Shown here in pieces: positions 15,545 to 28,401 of a stretch of 64,000 bases of DNA. The translations under genes and the position numbers were made by a program. The DNA is taken from contig NC_092672.1 in assembly GCF_964355755.1 (NCBI RefSeq), forward strand, positions 7,998,001-8,062,000. The letters are read 5' to 3'. The notes under the pieces were generated by a model, which ran no database searches, was not told the DNA's origin, and saw only the letters and a list, made by a program, of their open reading frames with translations. Source of the stretch: Antedon mediterranea. Its lineage: Eukaryota > Animalia > Echinodermata. Within the stretch, counting starts at the first letter, position 1; each line of letters begins with the position of its first letter.

Positions 15545-15679
15545 AGCTCTGTTTACACTATCAAACTTTAGGTGACAAAAAAATGTGATGTGCCTATATA
15601 TGGACATGATGTCATATCACTACCATATTTGGGCACATCACATTTTTTGTCAAACTAGTTTGATAGTGTAGACAGAGCT
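15545..15679 (+). mobile_element. PIF/Harbinger-type MITE, family A, complete copy (135 bp)
   Basis: TIRs AGCTCTGTTTACACTATCAAACT / AGTTTGATAGTGTAGACAGAGCT, TTA target duplication at 15542-15544 and 15680-15682, largely palindromic body, three further copies in window. Confidence 0.88.
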
Positions 15680-17846
15680 TTAGCTAGGGTAATGTACCAA
15701 AATGAGAATGATAATTCAAAAGTCATGTTTTCGATTAAAAATACCTTGGAATAATTCTTTTAATGTTACAGATACGACCATTATTTATATTATTATTTGT
15801 AATAGTTAATATAGAGGGAAAAGTGTGGCTCTAAAAATGTCATGAGGAAGGGATGTCAACTAAACTAACTTTTTTCAACAGTACTGATGGGTATAAATCT
15901 CTACTGGGGTATTGTCGATCGTCCTACTTAAAAAATGTAGCCATAAAATTCCCCTCTAGAATACACTGTTGAGGTGATACAGGTGTCTGTAAATGGGTGA
16001 TGTTACTGCTTGTTCAGTAAGTTGTTGAGGTGTCCCATTATCTTCTACTACCTGTTTTCAAACTATAACCACTTTTATTAAAGAGTAATAGGATATTTGT
16101 ATTTGTCACTTCTGGATTTCAGATCAGTAAAATATAAAAGGATGAATAGAAAACAAGTAAACTAGATCACCCTGCAGGCATTAGCATAGTACAATGCACC
16201 CTCGCTAGATATTTCTATTTTGCACCTAATTTATGAAAAGAACAAGAAAGAATTCACTTTTATTGTCAAGTCAAGTGGGTATAATTGGATTGGTGGTTAA
16301 CCTCTCGTCTTACACCTCAAAACAATCAACAAGATCAATAACAACACTACAATAACATCCACAATCAATATCTAATTAAAGAATTAAAAATCAATACCTT
16401 TAAAATCAATAGATTAATAAATTCGTCAATCATGTAGGCCTACAGTATTATAGTCATAGTTTTATAATTCAATTAACTAAATAATCATATACTACAAATA
16501 CCTTTTTTTTTAAACGATTACCAATTGATCAATTATTAATATCCAATTAATTAATAAAAAATTAAGAAATAATTTAAGTAGGCCTATAAAAATTGTTAAT
16601 TTGTAATTATTAAATTAAATTAATCAATTGTGCCTACAAAATATATTTCACAAATTATTTGGTGAACAATAACAATAGAGCATATAATTAATTATAAACA
16701 TAAAATTCAATATCATTTTAAATTTATATGTAAAATATAAGAAAAATTGAAATATTAATAAACTAAATATTTTTCAAATAATGCAAAATATAAATTAATT
16801 AAATAATATAAAAAACAATTCTACCCCACATTTGAGTATTGGTTTAGGTCAAAGTTCACTGTCCTCATTTTCCACCAACTTAATACCTTCTTCAAAATAA
16901 TTTCAAAATAACTTTTTACCTGTGTATAGTCTATCAACATGGCTTCCTTTATCCTTTTCTCTTTCAGTTTTAACACTATTTATGTTAATTAACCCAGATA
17001 GGTCAGACACTTTACTTTAATGTTTAACTTTAAGTTGTTCACCTCTATATCACTTTATAGGCGTTTCGACTTCTGCCAGTCAACACCCAAGCTGTTTCAT
17101 GATTCATTATCAACTGTTTTCATTTTTTAAAGAAGTTGAATTATGAAAAGAACATAGGATGTATGAAACAAATATAGATCCATCACACTTCTAAATTCTT
17201 AATTAAATTTATGATGTTTTCTTTTCAACCGATTCTCTGTACTACATATTACATTATCTGTCCAGTATCATGGTGAGTTATTTAATACAGCATCACATAG
17301 GTATCACATGTGATGCCTGTATTATGTTAAGTTTAGGCTTATGGTCTATGATACAGTCATCACATTGATGCAAATGTGCAACTGTAAGTACCCAAGAATT
17401 TGCCTATGATATTGGAAAAACTATAGATACAGTAGGCCTACCGAAAAACCTTTTCTCTATTTTTGAAACACTTAGTTATTAACTTATTACTATGTAGCAG
17501 CAACTGTGTTCAAATTGATAATTCTGTAATTCATTTTTAGTAGGCCTATAATTTTATAAATAAAATTGTACTATTAAGGCTGTCAGCAAATTATATATAA
17601 TACAACATACAGTAGTATTAAATTTAATCAATTACTATTCTTTGTGAAATTTAAATGACCATGTTGGGTTTTAAATAATAATCGTACATAACATTCTTAT
17701 TATTGATATACAAATCCAAAGGCAAATTACTGAAAAAATGACAATGCTGTGGGGATCAGTGGCTGGATCTCAATGGAGATACAAAAAAAAAACAAAACCG
17801 AAAAGCTAAATCAAAACGATAAGTAAAACAGCCAGAAAAGTAAGCA

Positions 17847-17877
17847 GAGCTTTCGGGCAACACTAGCCCTTTATCAA
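17847..17877 (-). ncRNA. Degenerate minimal hammerhead ribozyme motif of the Penelope-like element type
   Basis: Minus strand TTGATAAA-GGGC-TAGTGTT-GCCC-GAA-AGCT-C: CUGAUGA box with 2 mismatches, perfect 4-bp stem II, GAAA box, palindromic AGCU mini stem III and UC cleavage position. Stem I partner not evident. Confidence 0.5.
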
Positions 17878-20800
17878 ATTAATATTGATATACATTACAT
17901 ATATACAACCTTTCCACTGTGCAAGTGGTTAGCCTGTTATAATAAAGAAGACAAAGAAAGACATAACTGTAAACTGCATTTTGATATTATCCAGCAGACT
18001 ACTGAAAACGTGTGATGAAAAGACGATTAACAATAGGCATGCGAGCTGGTTAATTATAAACAAATTCAATATGAATAGGGCTGGATGACGTTGGCCTGAA
18101 ACCATTGATACGTGTTGGTAATTGACTAAATGGCAACATCTCTTCAAAGTTTATAAAAGCACCCTTTAACTGAATGGGTAGCGAAGCGGAAAATTAAAAT
18201 TGAGTGATGAAACAAAATAGCAAAGAGACTATTGCACTATATATTCAATAGTGTTATTAGTCTATAAATAAAATGCATTTTTGAGGTATTCTGGAAACCG
18301 CAACAGGTGAAAACATTTATAAAAGAGTTTTGTTTGTTTTTTTTATCGTTTTTCTTGCAAAATGGCTAAAATAAATTAATTTGAAAAAGTTGCAAAAAGA
18401 AAACCTAAACAAATATTAGCAGCATTTTTGGTTGTAACATTTAAAAATTTAAATGAAACCATTGCAATTTATTAAATTTTACTTATTAATAATTTATTAA
18501 CTTTATATGTATATTTAATATATTTTTCTTAAGCTACTCCAAAAGATCATTTTTCTTTTTTTATATGTTGTATACAATTGTATGTTATTGTATTGGTGTT
18601 ATGATGGTCAAATAAATAAAACACAATATTGATCAAATAGGAGTCTACTACATAAATATTAATGTAAAGTGCATGAAACTAAACAAATTGAAAGATATTG
18701 AAAATATTGAGTGCAAAAATAAAGAACAATTGGATGCTCCTCCCATTTTATCTTACAGTCTGTCAATCACTGACAGAAAGAAAATAGCATAAATTCTCAT
18801 GATTGTCGTTCGTTGTTATGTTTGATTTATTTTCTTAAGCATCATTCCGTCATTCCGTTTTGATTGTTTACTATGATTAACGAGCAGGCTAAGTGGTCAC
18901 TTTAAGTGCATCTTTATCTTGTTTGATTGATTGACAAGAGTTAATAATCATTGAGGTATCGCAAGCACTAAAAAAATGGGACTATTAGCGCGATATCATT
19001 CAAGATTATTTGAGAGAGCACTCAAGATGTACATCGTACACTTCATATTATCTCAATAGAAGGGGGATGGATATAGCTATTATTTAGCTATTACTTGCAG
19101 TGGGTATCACTTACCAAGTAGGTTCTCTCAGAGCAAGGCTTGTCTTTCTTTATATTGATTTTCTGGTTGATTTCATCTCAAGTGCTTTTATCATCAATGA
19201 TGAAACTGTTATAGATTTTTCTCTTCTAACGTATTGTACTCATATTTTCTTTTGTAATGTAAATGACCAATGATATAATGTGCAGAATGATGGACGGCAA
19301 TAATAGGAGATAGCCATTGGTCAATTGTCCCCCATATTGATGTAAAGTATATTCTTACGTTGATTTGGTCATTAGGTGGATTTGACTCGTTTGTCATGTT
19401 TGAGTTGATGGATTTAAAATATATTTCTGTCATAATTCTAATTGAAAAATTACTCTGTAATTATTGTTTCTATTTAAGCCAAATATCTTAAACAAAATAA
19501 GCCAAGCCAAATAAGACATCATTAATTATTGTTCAATTATTATATATTTTACATGTATCTTTGTTAACCAGTACATTTGGATTATCATTATTCATACTAT
19601 AGCTTTGATTGGACAGGATTTCAGAACTAATTTCAAGTATTGTCCTGTTAGAAGAGGATTAAACAAAACTTACTGAATGCCTTAACAATGGTATGTGTTT
19701 GATGTTTATTGATATCATTTTCAAGATGTTTTATAAATGAATTAAAATTGAAGTTATAATTTAAAACAAGTAATTATAGTCATTTATCATTGTTTTATTA
19801 TATTTCCTTTCAAACAGGCATATATTGACAAATTATATTAACAAATTAAAAGATTTTTTTTTATATTTTTATTATTAAATGAATGTATTTAATAAATGTT
19901 ATTCATTTATATTATTGTTACTAGTTACTTTTCTGTGAATAAGTTCAAAGATTTTTTAGAAAACAATTTTTTTTTTCTTATATCAATTTGTTTTTTCGTG
20001 ACACCTAAATTTAAATTCAAAGATTTCTAACAAAAGAAAAAATATATTGTTTCAAAAACTCTTTATAGATTGAATTATATCTTCATAAAATTTAATTCAT
20101 ACATTTAACTTTTCAGCTAATTTATATTTTTAAAGGTATTTTAGATGGTAAACAAAAGGATTCAAAACAAACTACTTCTATGATTTATTTGCTTCATGAT
20201 CGCTTTTCTATTAATTTCTATTTTTTCGTACTTTTATTCACTTGCAAATCTTTACTCTTTTGTATAGGACTAATATTAACAAAAGATTTTGTCTAACTCT
20301 GTCATTTGTCTTGAGTTCCTGAGGACGCAAGTCAGTTTAATACACTTAATCAGGATGAATGAAAGAAAAAAAACATGAAACATAAAAGAATTTAACTAAG
20401 CATTTACTTCATTCAGTCTCTATTCAAATTGCTTATGCTGATTGAAAAGCTTATAAAATAAACTTAACATTCTATTAAAGATGAAGAAATATAGGCCAAT
20501 GCCAAACCTTAGCAATCATCAGTTTACATTATGTTGTTTTGTTGGCTTTATCCTTTGTTATTTGATAGATTCTATTCCTAATAAAAAATAAGTTTTAAAA
20601 TGCATGATAACATCTTGTAAAAATAAAAACAAGGTTACTTTAAATGAATTTAAATTTTGAAAGTTTTCCTATTTTTTGTTTGTTCACAAGATGGAAATAT
20701 TTTCATATCATAAACCTTGTCAAAACATCAATTTGGTGAATCAAGTTTTGTATCCTTTTTTATTGTTATTGATTGGGAAATAAGTCATTTTCAAAAAATG

Positions 20801-23800
20801 TTAAAACTTGTATCTGCGTCAGAATCCAGTAGCATCAAAATAACATCACATAAGTTGCAGCGTTGAATTTTTCAACGACGTGAAATTGAACAGTTGCGCT
20901 GTCGTTTCGTTTTCTAGGTCATATTAAAAGGCCTAAGCTCCTTCAGTAGAGACATTGCCATAGACATATGTAGGAAATTGTTAGTTCTTGTCTATGCTAA
21001 TTGATTACCTTACTCTAACATCAATGGTAATAGTATTTAAACAGGTATTTAACCATCTTGTTTCTCATGTTTTTTTTTTACGACACCTGGTTCAAACATT
21101 GCAAACTGTCATTCCTATGCTTTCATACAATGTAATTGAATAATTGTTTCTTTTCATGTTATATATTTGATTTGATTAAATACTTTTTAAATAATCTATA
21201 AATAATAATGACATTGAAATAACATCTAAACTAATTGATACACAGGGGTTTTCTCTAAACAGTGATTCTTTATTGTGATATATCATATTGGAATCAACAA
21301 CATACAATAGTTTAACTTTTTAATTTTATTTTAATTATTAAAAAGATCATTAAAGTCACATTTTTGCACTCTTTATTTCAATCAAGGGATTCAAATTTCA
21401 AAGAAATTGTGTTAATTATTAATAAAAGTATACAAATAATAACATTATTAAACAATAATTCCTTTTGAATTATGTTAAAATTTTTTTTTTTTTGTAAATT
21501 TATTGTTTGATTTTTTTATTTCTATTTAAACAATTTATTTGTTTGTTTTTTAAAATGACATAAACAAGCAATCACCTCCTTTAGGATGGCACACGTAATT
21601 CTTTATGGACAATTTCTATCGTAAATCACCAACTTCTTCTGATTTTAAAAAATGTGACATTTTATGAGTCAGACAATAAATAATGAATTGATAACAGAAA
21701 TGTAGGATAGGCAACTAGAAATTGTTAACAAATGCAAATCAATCATAAATGTAAATCCATAAATACTGAATTTAATTAATAGTTCTATAACAATTTGAAA
21801 ATAGAACACATTTTATATCATGTTTGATTTCATAAATTCCACATTATTCATATAATGTAATAATATGGATAATAATTATAAATTTAAATGTGTTAATGTG
21901 TCATTAATATTTGTATTATTGACATTAACATTGACATGATTTATTTTTCTTAATCAGTTATTACTTAGATTTGATGCTGCGTTAGGGTTGGTTGGTTGGG
22001 ATTCTTACATAGGAGCTCTTTTTGCACAAAAATGGAACATGCCACTTCTTTCACCATCCCCCAACCAACAAACGTGTCCTGAGATAGGTCAATTAGGTCT
22101 ATTGCTATCAGTAGGCCTACCTCTTCTGGGAAAAGAGAGAAGGGGATATGAACCCTCCTGGAGACAAACACAAGTGATTTACCTACCACAATAAACGGTT
22201 ACTACCTTATTTAGCAGCATATGAAAGAATTGCGTTTCTAAATTGTGCTGAAATTTGGCACCAATTGCATTGGTCTATTATTGATGTTTGTATCGTATCA
22301 CTTTTAAGCTTTTGATAAATAAAGTATCTTTCCAACTTTTAATATTTTTTGTCTTTTTTTTTTCAATAAGCATATCTAATCATTTATGTAATTTGTGTCT
22401 TTTTTCAGCTATTATTAAATTATTATTTTACAGTCGCTATTCCCATAATTTTCTAGATAACATTGGATGTCTTCCAAAATATTTTCATCCTCATCTTAAC
22501 AAAACACAAATCTTAAATGTGGAATGCCTCAGGTTAGAAATACATAAATCACTTTAGGATGGTATTCTCATCAAATTGTTATTCCAGTTATGAATTAGCT
22601 CAACAAGGAAGATACTTTCCATGACTTATGTCCACCACTATGCATGTTACCTATCTACCCACCTGCTTTAGGCCATCTCCTAGGCTCCCAAGCACATCAT
22701 ATTTGTATAGTTATGAGCTAAGAGGAGCGATTAAGATCCCCGTCGGGACTTTATGTGGGGGTCTTCAGAAGATAAGTTCCGGCACCTTAAGAACAGCTGT
22801 TATCTACTGCATACTTGTTAATCCTGTACAATAAACCAGAATCCAATACTAAGTATTTCTGACTTATCATGGTTAAAAACAGACATATTCAGGTATCATG
22901 AATATATCACCAGGATGAGCGGCAATCACGGAACAATCTTGCGTTTCATCGCCACCGTAAACTAACCAAATGTTTGTAATCGTGATAAGTCGGTAATTTA
23001 TGATCTTTACATCCTCGTATTAATTTGTCGTTTTATCATTCATTTCGAATCTAACACTTTTCTGGATTTATATAATGTTACATACCATTGTAGATATGTT
23101 CATGAACATCTTAAACATATCCATAAAGTAATTAATATTATGAAAACAAAATACATAAGGGAACTAGTGTTTTAAGTCATTAATTATAAATTATCTTATT
23201 GCCATGTTGTAATATCTTAACCAGTCTATGGAGGCTCTTCTGAACTAATTTTTGCCAATTATCAAAGTTTGTTATTCTACATAAATTCTTTAGAGAATAA
23301 AACCAGGCAACTAAAAGCAAAACATTAGTAGAAAAACTTCCAAAACAGTATAATTCAATCGTAAAGTTGTTACTAAAATTTTAAAAATTAGTTCAAGCAT
23401 TTATAAAGCGTTTTAGTTGGTAGTTAAGTAATAGTAGTAACACCATTTCTATAATTATGTTTTTATTATCTCATAATCATGATTTTTTAGAAAAGTTATT
23501 GCTAATATTATTTCTTTCAATATTGAATCATTTTGAATATTAACTGTCACATTCTTTGCTTCAAAATCGGTTTACATATTCTGATGATAATTAGTTGTGA
23601 ACTAAACAAGAATAAGGATTCAGCAAAGTTACACAACACATGACCTGAATTATGAATACTGATTGGCTAAAAGTATGTTACTCGTTGACAACTGAGGTGC
23701 TGACAGCCATTTTGTTTTTCACCAACTCTCCCATGAGATGTTCAACTTCATCAAGAAGACTACTTCTCCCAATTGCCCGTTTATCTCCTTCGTACTCTAG

Positions 23801-25854
23801 TTATGGTACGCTCGTCAGGAGAATAGTTCCTATCAACTAGAAGTGGCGAAGACTCCCGCGGGGTATTAAACCATTTCACGACATCCTGTTTAGCTGAGCT
23901 TGTGTAGCACTGACTAGAAATCGCTCTCCCTTGTACACCACTCACAGATGCTACATAGATGATATGCATTGTGTCACTTTACGGGTAATTCGGAGTGAAG
24001 TTTCTATTACCCTGTTCAACCACGGAACGTCACAACTAAAAGAAATCACTCCCCTTGCGTTCAGGAAGTTTCATATCCTATGCAGTCAGGGACATAAACT
24101 AACAAGTAGTGTAGGGATTACACAAATTCTTGACATCTCATTAAGTCAATCAAACTGGTCTTGTTTAACGACTGGAAATTACTTGTAAAATTTATAAATA
24201 TTCTGCATTCTTTAACAGTCTAAAAACTAATTTGCATACTGATTCAGTTACTGTACTATAACTAGAAGTCCAGTAAAAACATCTAATTATAGCCATTAAT
24301 AACTTTAATTCCATTCTAAAACGTGTCTATATATTAATATATCTATCATCATTTATATGTTGATTAATCAATAAGAGCCTGTCTTTAAAAGTATAAAATT
24401 TATTTCATTTTCAAAATCAATTTTAATATGTTGTGGCAAAATATAGGTCAGATCTAAAATAAAAATTCACTTTATTTTACTATCTGTCAAGCAATATGTT
24501 GCATAACCTTGGCTCTAAGGTTCTTTTTTTTTTCTAAAATACAATTTTCGGCTAAATGATAAATATCTAAGCTGTCATGTCCTCATCAACCCATAAAATT
24601 TACTTGCTTTTTATGAATATAAAAAAAAACCATTTTGTTTTAGCAAAGCTCTGAAGAAATTTTACATCCAAGTGAAACCTTTAAGATACTTCGGTTGTTG
24701 CCAGTAAAATGAATGTCTAACATTCTAATCCCAAGCGTTTCAGAAACCGATAAAGTTGAGTAAAACACTCATCCAAAATAAACATAGCCAAATTCTTAAG
24801 AGAAATCAAAACAATCATAATCATTTCAATTGAAAGCTTATAAAAGTAAAATCAAATCAAATTAACTTCTAATTCAAATAAATATAACCTAATTTCTTAC
24901 TATCAATCTATTTAAAATTGTAAAGTTAACTTCTTATTTATGTATTTGAATGTCTAATAGCTGCAAAAAAAACACAAGAGCATTTGCCGACTGTCATGGG
25001 ATACCTTATCAGAAGAGGCAGAGATGTTACAATTCTGACCAATCAAATCATAGTTTCTATTGGAAGATGTGTGATGAGAAGTAACTTTTTTCTTCCTGAA
25101 ACCAAATGTTAATAATTTTTGGAAATTAAAAATGTCTGCTACACTGTACTGATCAATTATGATATAACATCGGCGACCCTATTTCTAATTTAGTCAAACA
25201 ATTTGGGATTTCGTCAATTTCCTTTTGTCCCGCCACCCAAAGAACTAATTGTGGCCTGGTCAAATAAAAATAATGTTTTCTTCCTCACAAAACTGGGTTG
25301 AAATTAGGAGGAAAAAATGAATAAAGAACATACTTCCCACTTCTGCAATCTTATATCCATTCCTTACAAGATGTGTTATGATTTTCTTTATTACTTCGGA
25401 AACTGTTATTAACATAAGTCTGCCAAAATGGATTTTTTTTCATTGAATGAAAATTACTATTTGCAGTATACTTTGAATTTCTCTGTACGTATAAAACTTT
25501 TGTTTTGTTTGTATTCCAGACTAGACTACAATGTAATGTGCAAAGTTAATGTTCGCATTAAACCACTGGTGGCGCATGGACTGAAGAAATCTATAGTTTT
25601 CAAGTCAATATCATATTTATTCAAACCAAATGAATCTATTTGAACAATTACCAGGATGTTATTCTTGTTGTAGAAATAAAAAATCCACCCCCTAATCAAC
25701 AGGAAGGCTAAGCTTGGCACAATTGTTTTCTGCAAATGGTAATGATTTGCATACAGTATGAATACAATATTAATGTAAAAAAACACAAATATAGAAAAAC
25801 ATAAAAGCCTATTACTAGTTGTAAACAAACATGGTATTAAAATTTAATAACATT

Positions 25855-25917
25855 TTAATGAACCTCATTCACATACCCTAAACATCTTAATGAACCCCAT
25901 TCACATACCCTAAACAT
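25855..25917 (+). repeat. Tandem duplication of a 32-bp unit
   Basis: TTAATGAACC(T/C)CATTCACATACCCTAAACAT twice, one mismatch. Confidence 0.9.
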
Positions 25918-26905
25918 GTGTTAATTTTATGTTTTAGTTTTTGTATGTCATATTTCTGAAATAAAATGAATATGAATTATGAATGGAAAATTATAAAATT
26001 AAATTAATAATTATACAAATAAATGAATATATTGATGATTTATAATTAAAAAAAATATGATAATAATTGCATCTTCTGTTTTTGATTTTGAGGGAAGCAG
26101 GGGACTTCCGGACCTCATGTTTGTAACAAAGTCATTTTCAAAGTTATCGGAGAACTTAATTGCCATATTGATGATGCATTTGTTAATTTATTGAATCAAC
26201 AGTGAAACAGACCTGTTATAGTCTCCATAAGGGAGGTTAATCAAATGCTATTGCTCCCCCTGCTGTGACATTTGGTCAACGTATGTGAAATGATACTGAA
26301 TACAGACATGTCGTCAACTGAAGACGATGCTTAACTCGTTGAATCCACTTCTCTGATTCACAGTTGGTAGTAATCTGATGTGGAGACCAGATTCGTGGGA
26401 CAAAACAAACATGATGACGAAACATTACGATTAAAATAACACCAACGTTTTTTTGGTTACACTTGGGTTCCAACTGATCATGTCTATAAATAGATTATTT
26501 GTAAAAAGAAAATTGAATTCTAGGTAAAAGTTGTTTTCTTAGATGAGTAACTAATACTGGTTTCAATTTATTCCAAACCTCAGACATAAACAATACATCT
26601 TGAAACTCACCTATTTAACAGCTAATTTACGAAGGTAATTATAAAAAAATAAAAATATAAAATGCTTTAAATAAGGTCATTGGACGGTTTAAATATAGTT
26701 ATACAATAATAACGAAAATATATAAATTTATTTTATCTATTATTATTTAGCAGCTTCTACCACAATTGAAGACATCAAGAGAGACTTATATTTTTTATGA
26801 AAAGCTCACAATAGTTTAAATAAAATGTTGAAATTTTAGCTTGAGCCTTTATTTATCTATTTTGCCACTCTGCCTTTGTATCAAAGTACTTTTGTGCATG
26901 CCTTA

Positions 26906-27037
26906 AGTCCTGTCTACACTATAAAACCTTATGTGAAAAACAATGTGATGTGCCCATTTACGAACATGATGTCATATCACTACCATATTTAAGTATAATA
27001 CTACCTTATTTGGCACATCATACTTTTTTTGTTCAAC
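26906..27037 (+). mobile_element. PIF/Harbinger-type MITE, family A, right-truncated copy
   Basis: TTA then AGTCCTGTCTACACTATAAAAC left TIR, shared core CATGATGTCATATCACTACCATATTT, small internal duplication of ACTACC(A/T)TATTT, right TIR missing. Confidence 0.8.
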
Positions 27038-28377
27038 AGGTAGATTATTAATTCATAATATATTTTACTTTATATAGAATATTTTACATTTATAAATGTA
27101 TATGAATGATTTCTATCAATTCCATATTTTTCTACAAATTAAAAAAACAATTTTTGACATATCTTCAACTTTTCAAAAAGTGACAATGAATTTAAAAGTG
27201 AAAGTTCCATAAGACACGCTTGTTGATTATAATTCTTGAACATTTCCAAATGCGACATGACTCGCTGGAGGAAGAGAAGACAAAATGAGTAAATCAGGAG
27301 AGTCACAAAAGACCTGAAAAGATTACCGGTTTTTTCCTTATGCTTCAAACATATGAAGGTGTTAGAAATTCAAAAACAAATTTGACATCTAATGATCGAG
27401 AAATTATCCCGAAATAGTAACAAAGATTGTACACGTCCTTCTTAGGCGACGTTAATTAAATTATGTTGCATCGTTTAATGGAAAAACAGATTGAATGGAT
27501 TTAAAATAATAGGGTGTATATAAAAAGATAAAAATACAATTAAAAGACTACACATGTTTAGTAAGTTATTGTTTTAGTTCGGTGTTTATTTTGTAGGTCA
27601 CTTTGTTGTTCAATCAAATATCTAACAACAAAATACAATTTGCAAATAATAAATTTAAAAAATTAAGTAAATACCACAACCAATGACTTAATAATATTTA
27701 TAAAGCTGCTAATATAGTTATGAATTATTTTCCACATTTAAGAAATTAGATTTATTTTATATTAGGTATACATATTTACAATGTCATTTTATTTTATACA
27801 ATAAAAACTAAATTCAAATTGATACAAATATGTGTACAGTATTATGTAAAACTTTCAAAAGTATGACTTCATAAAAGCTATGATATCATCTCTAATTGAT
27901 AAATTCATTATCCAATTTTATTTTAATTAAATTTAATCAAAAAACACTGTTCCTCTTCCTTCCTTAATTAACATAAACTAATAATTCAAATTTTTAATTT
28001 CCTAATAGTGGTATTTACATAATCAGGTTTTATAATCTCAAAAAGAAAATTGTTTTGACCTAAAAATAGTTTTTTTTTAATTTTTCAATTTAGCCTATAT
28101 CTATACTATATTGTTTTATCTAACCCTCTTACTCTTGACAATCATTTTATTGATTTAATCTTTATTTATAAGTTAATGTTATGCTTTCATGTAAAAGTTG
28201 ATAACATTAATATTTATAAATGGAAAAACCAAATAAAAAAAGATTTAAAAGAAAAAAATATAGACTCAGCTCAATAACAAACTATCCTGACGAAACAGAA
28301 AAATATGGAAAGAAATCACGGAAAGCGTAATGTTGGAATGACAAAAAACGTTTCAATCGAGAGACATGGACTCATTT

Positions 28378-28401
28378 ATTATTATTATTATTATTATTAT
28401 T
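28378..28401 (+). repeat. (ATT)8 microsatellite
   Basis: Direct reading. Confidence 0.9.

Noticed and set aside
20959-20996. CATAGACA...TGTCTATG short inverted repeat resembling the P-like micro-elements
   Set aside because: Only 8-bp arms and no flanking target duplication.
26276-26473. Minus ORF with SEKWIQRV, considered as next PR-domain exon
   Set aside because: No match to the expected CVDA...WxKYIR...NL pattern and no convincing splice sites.
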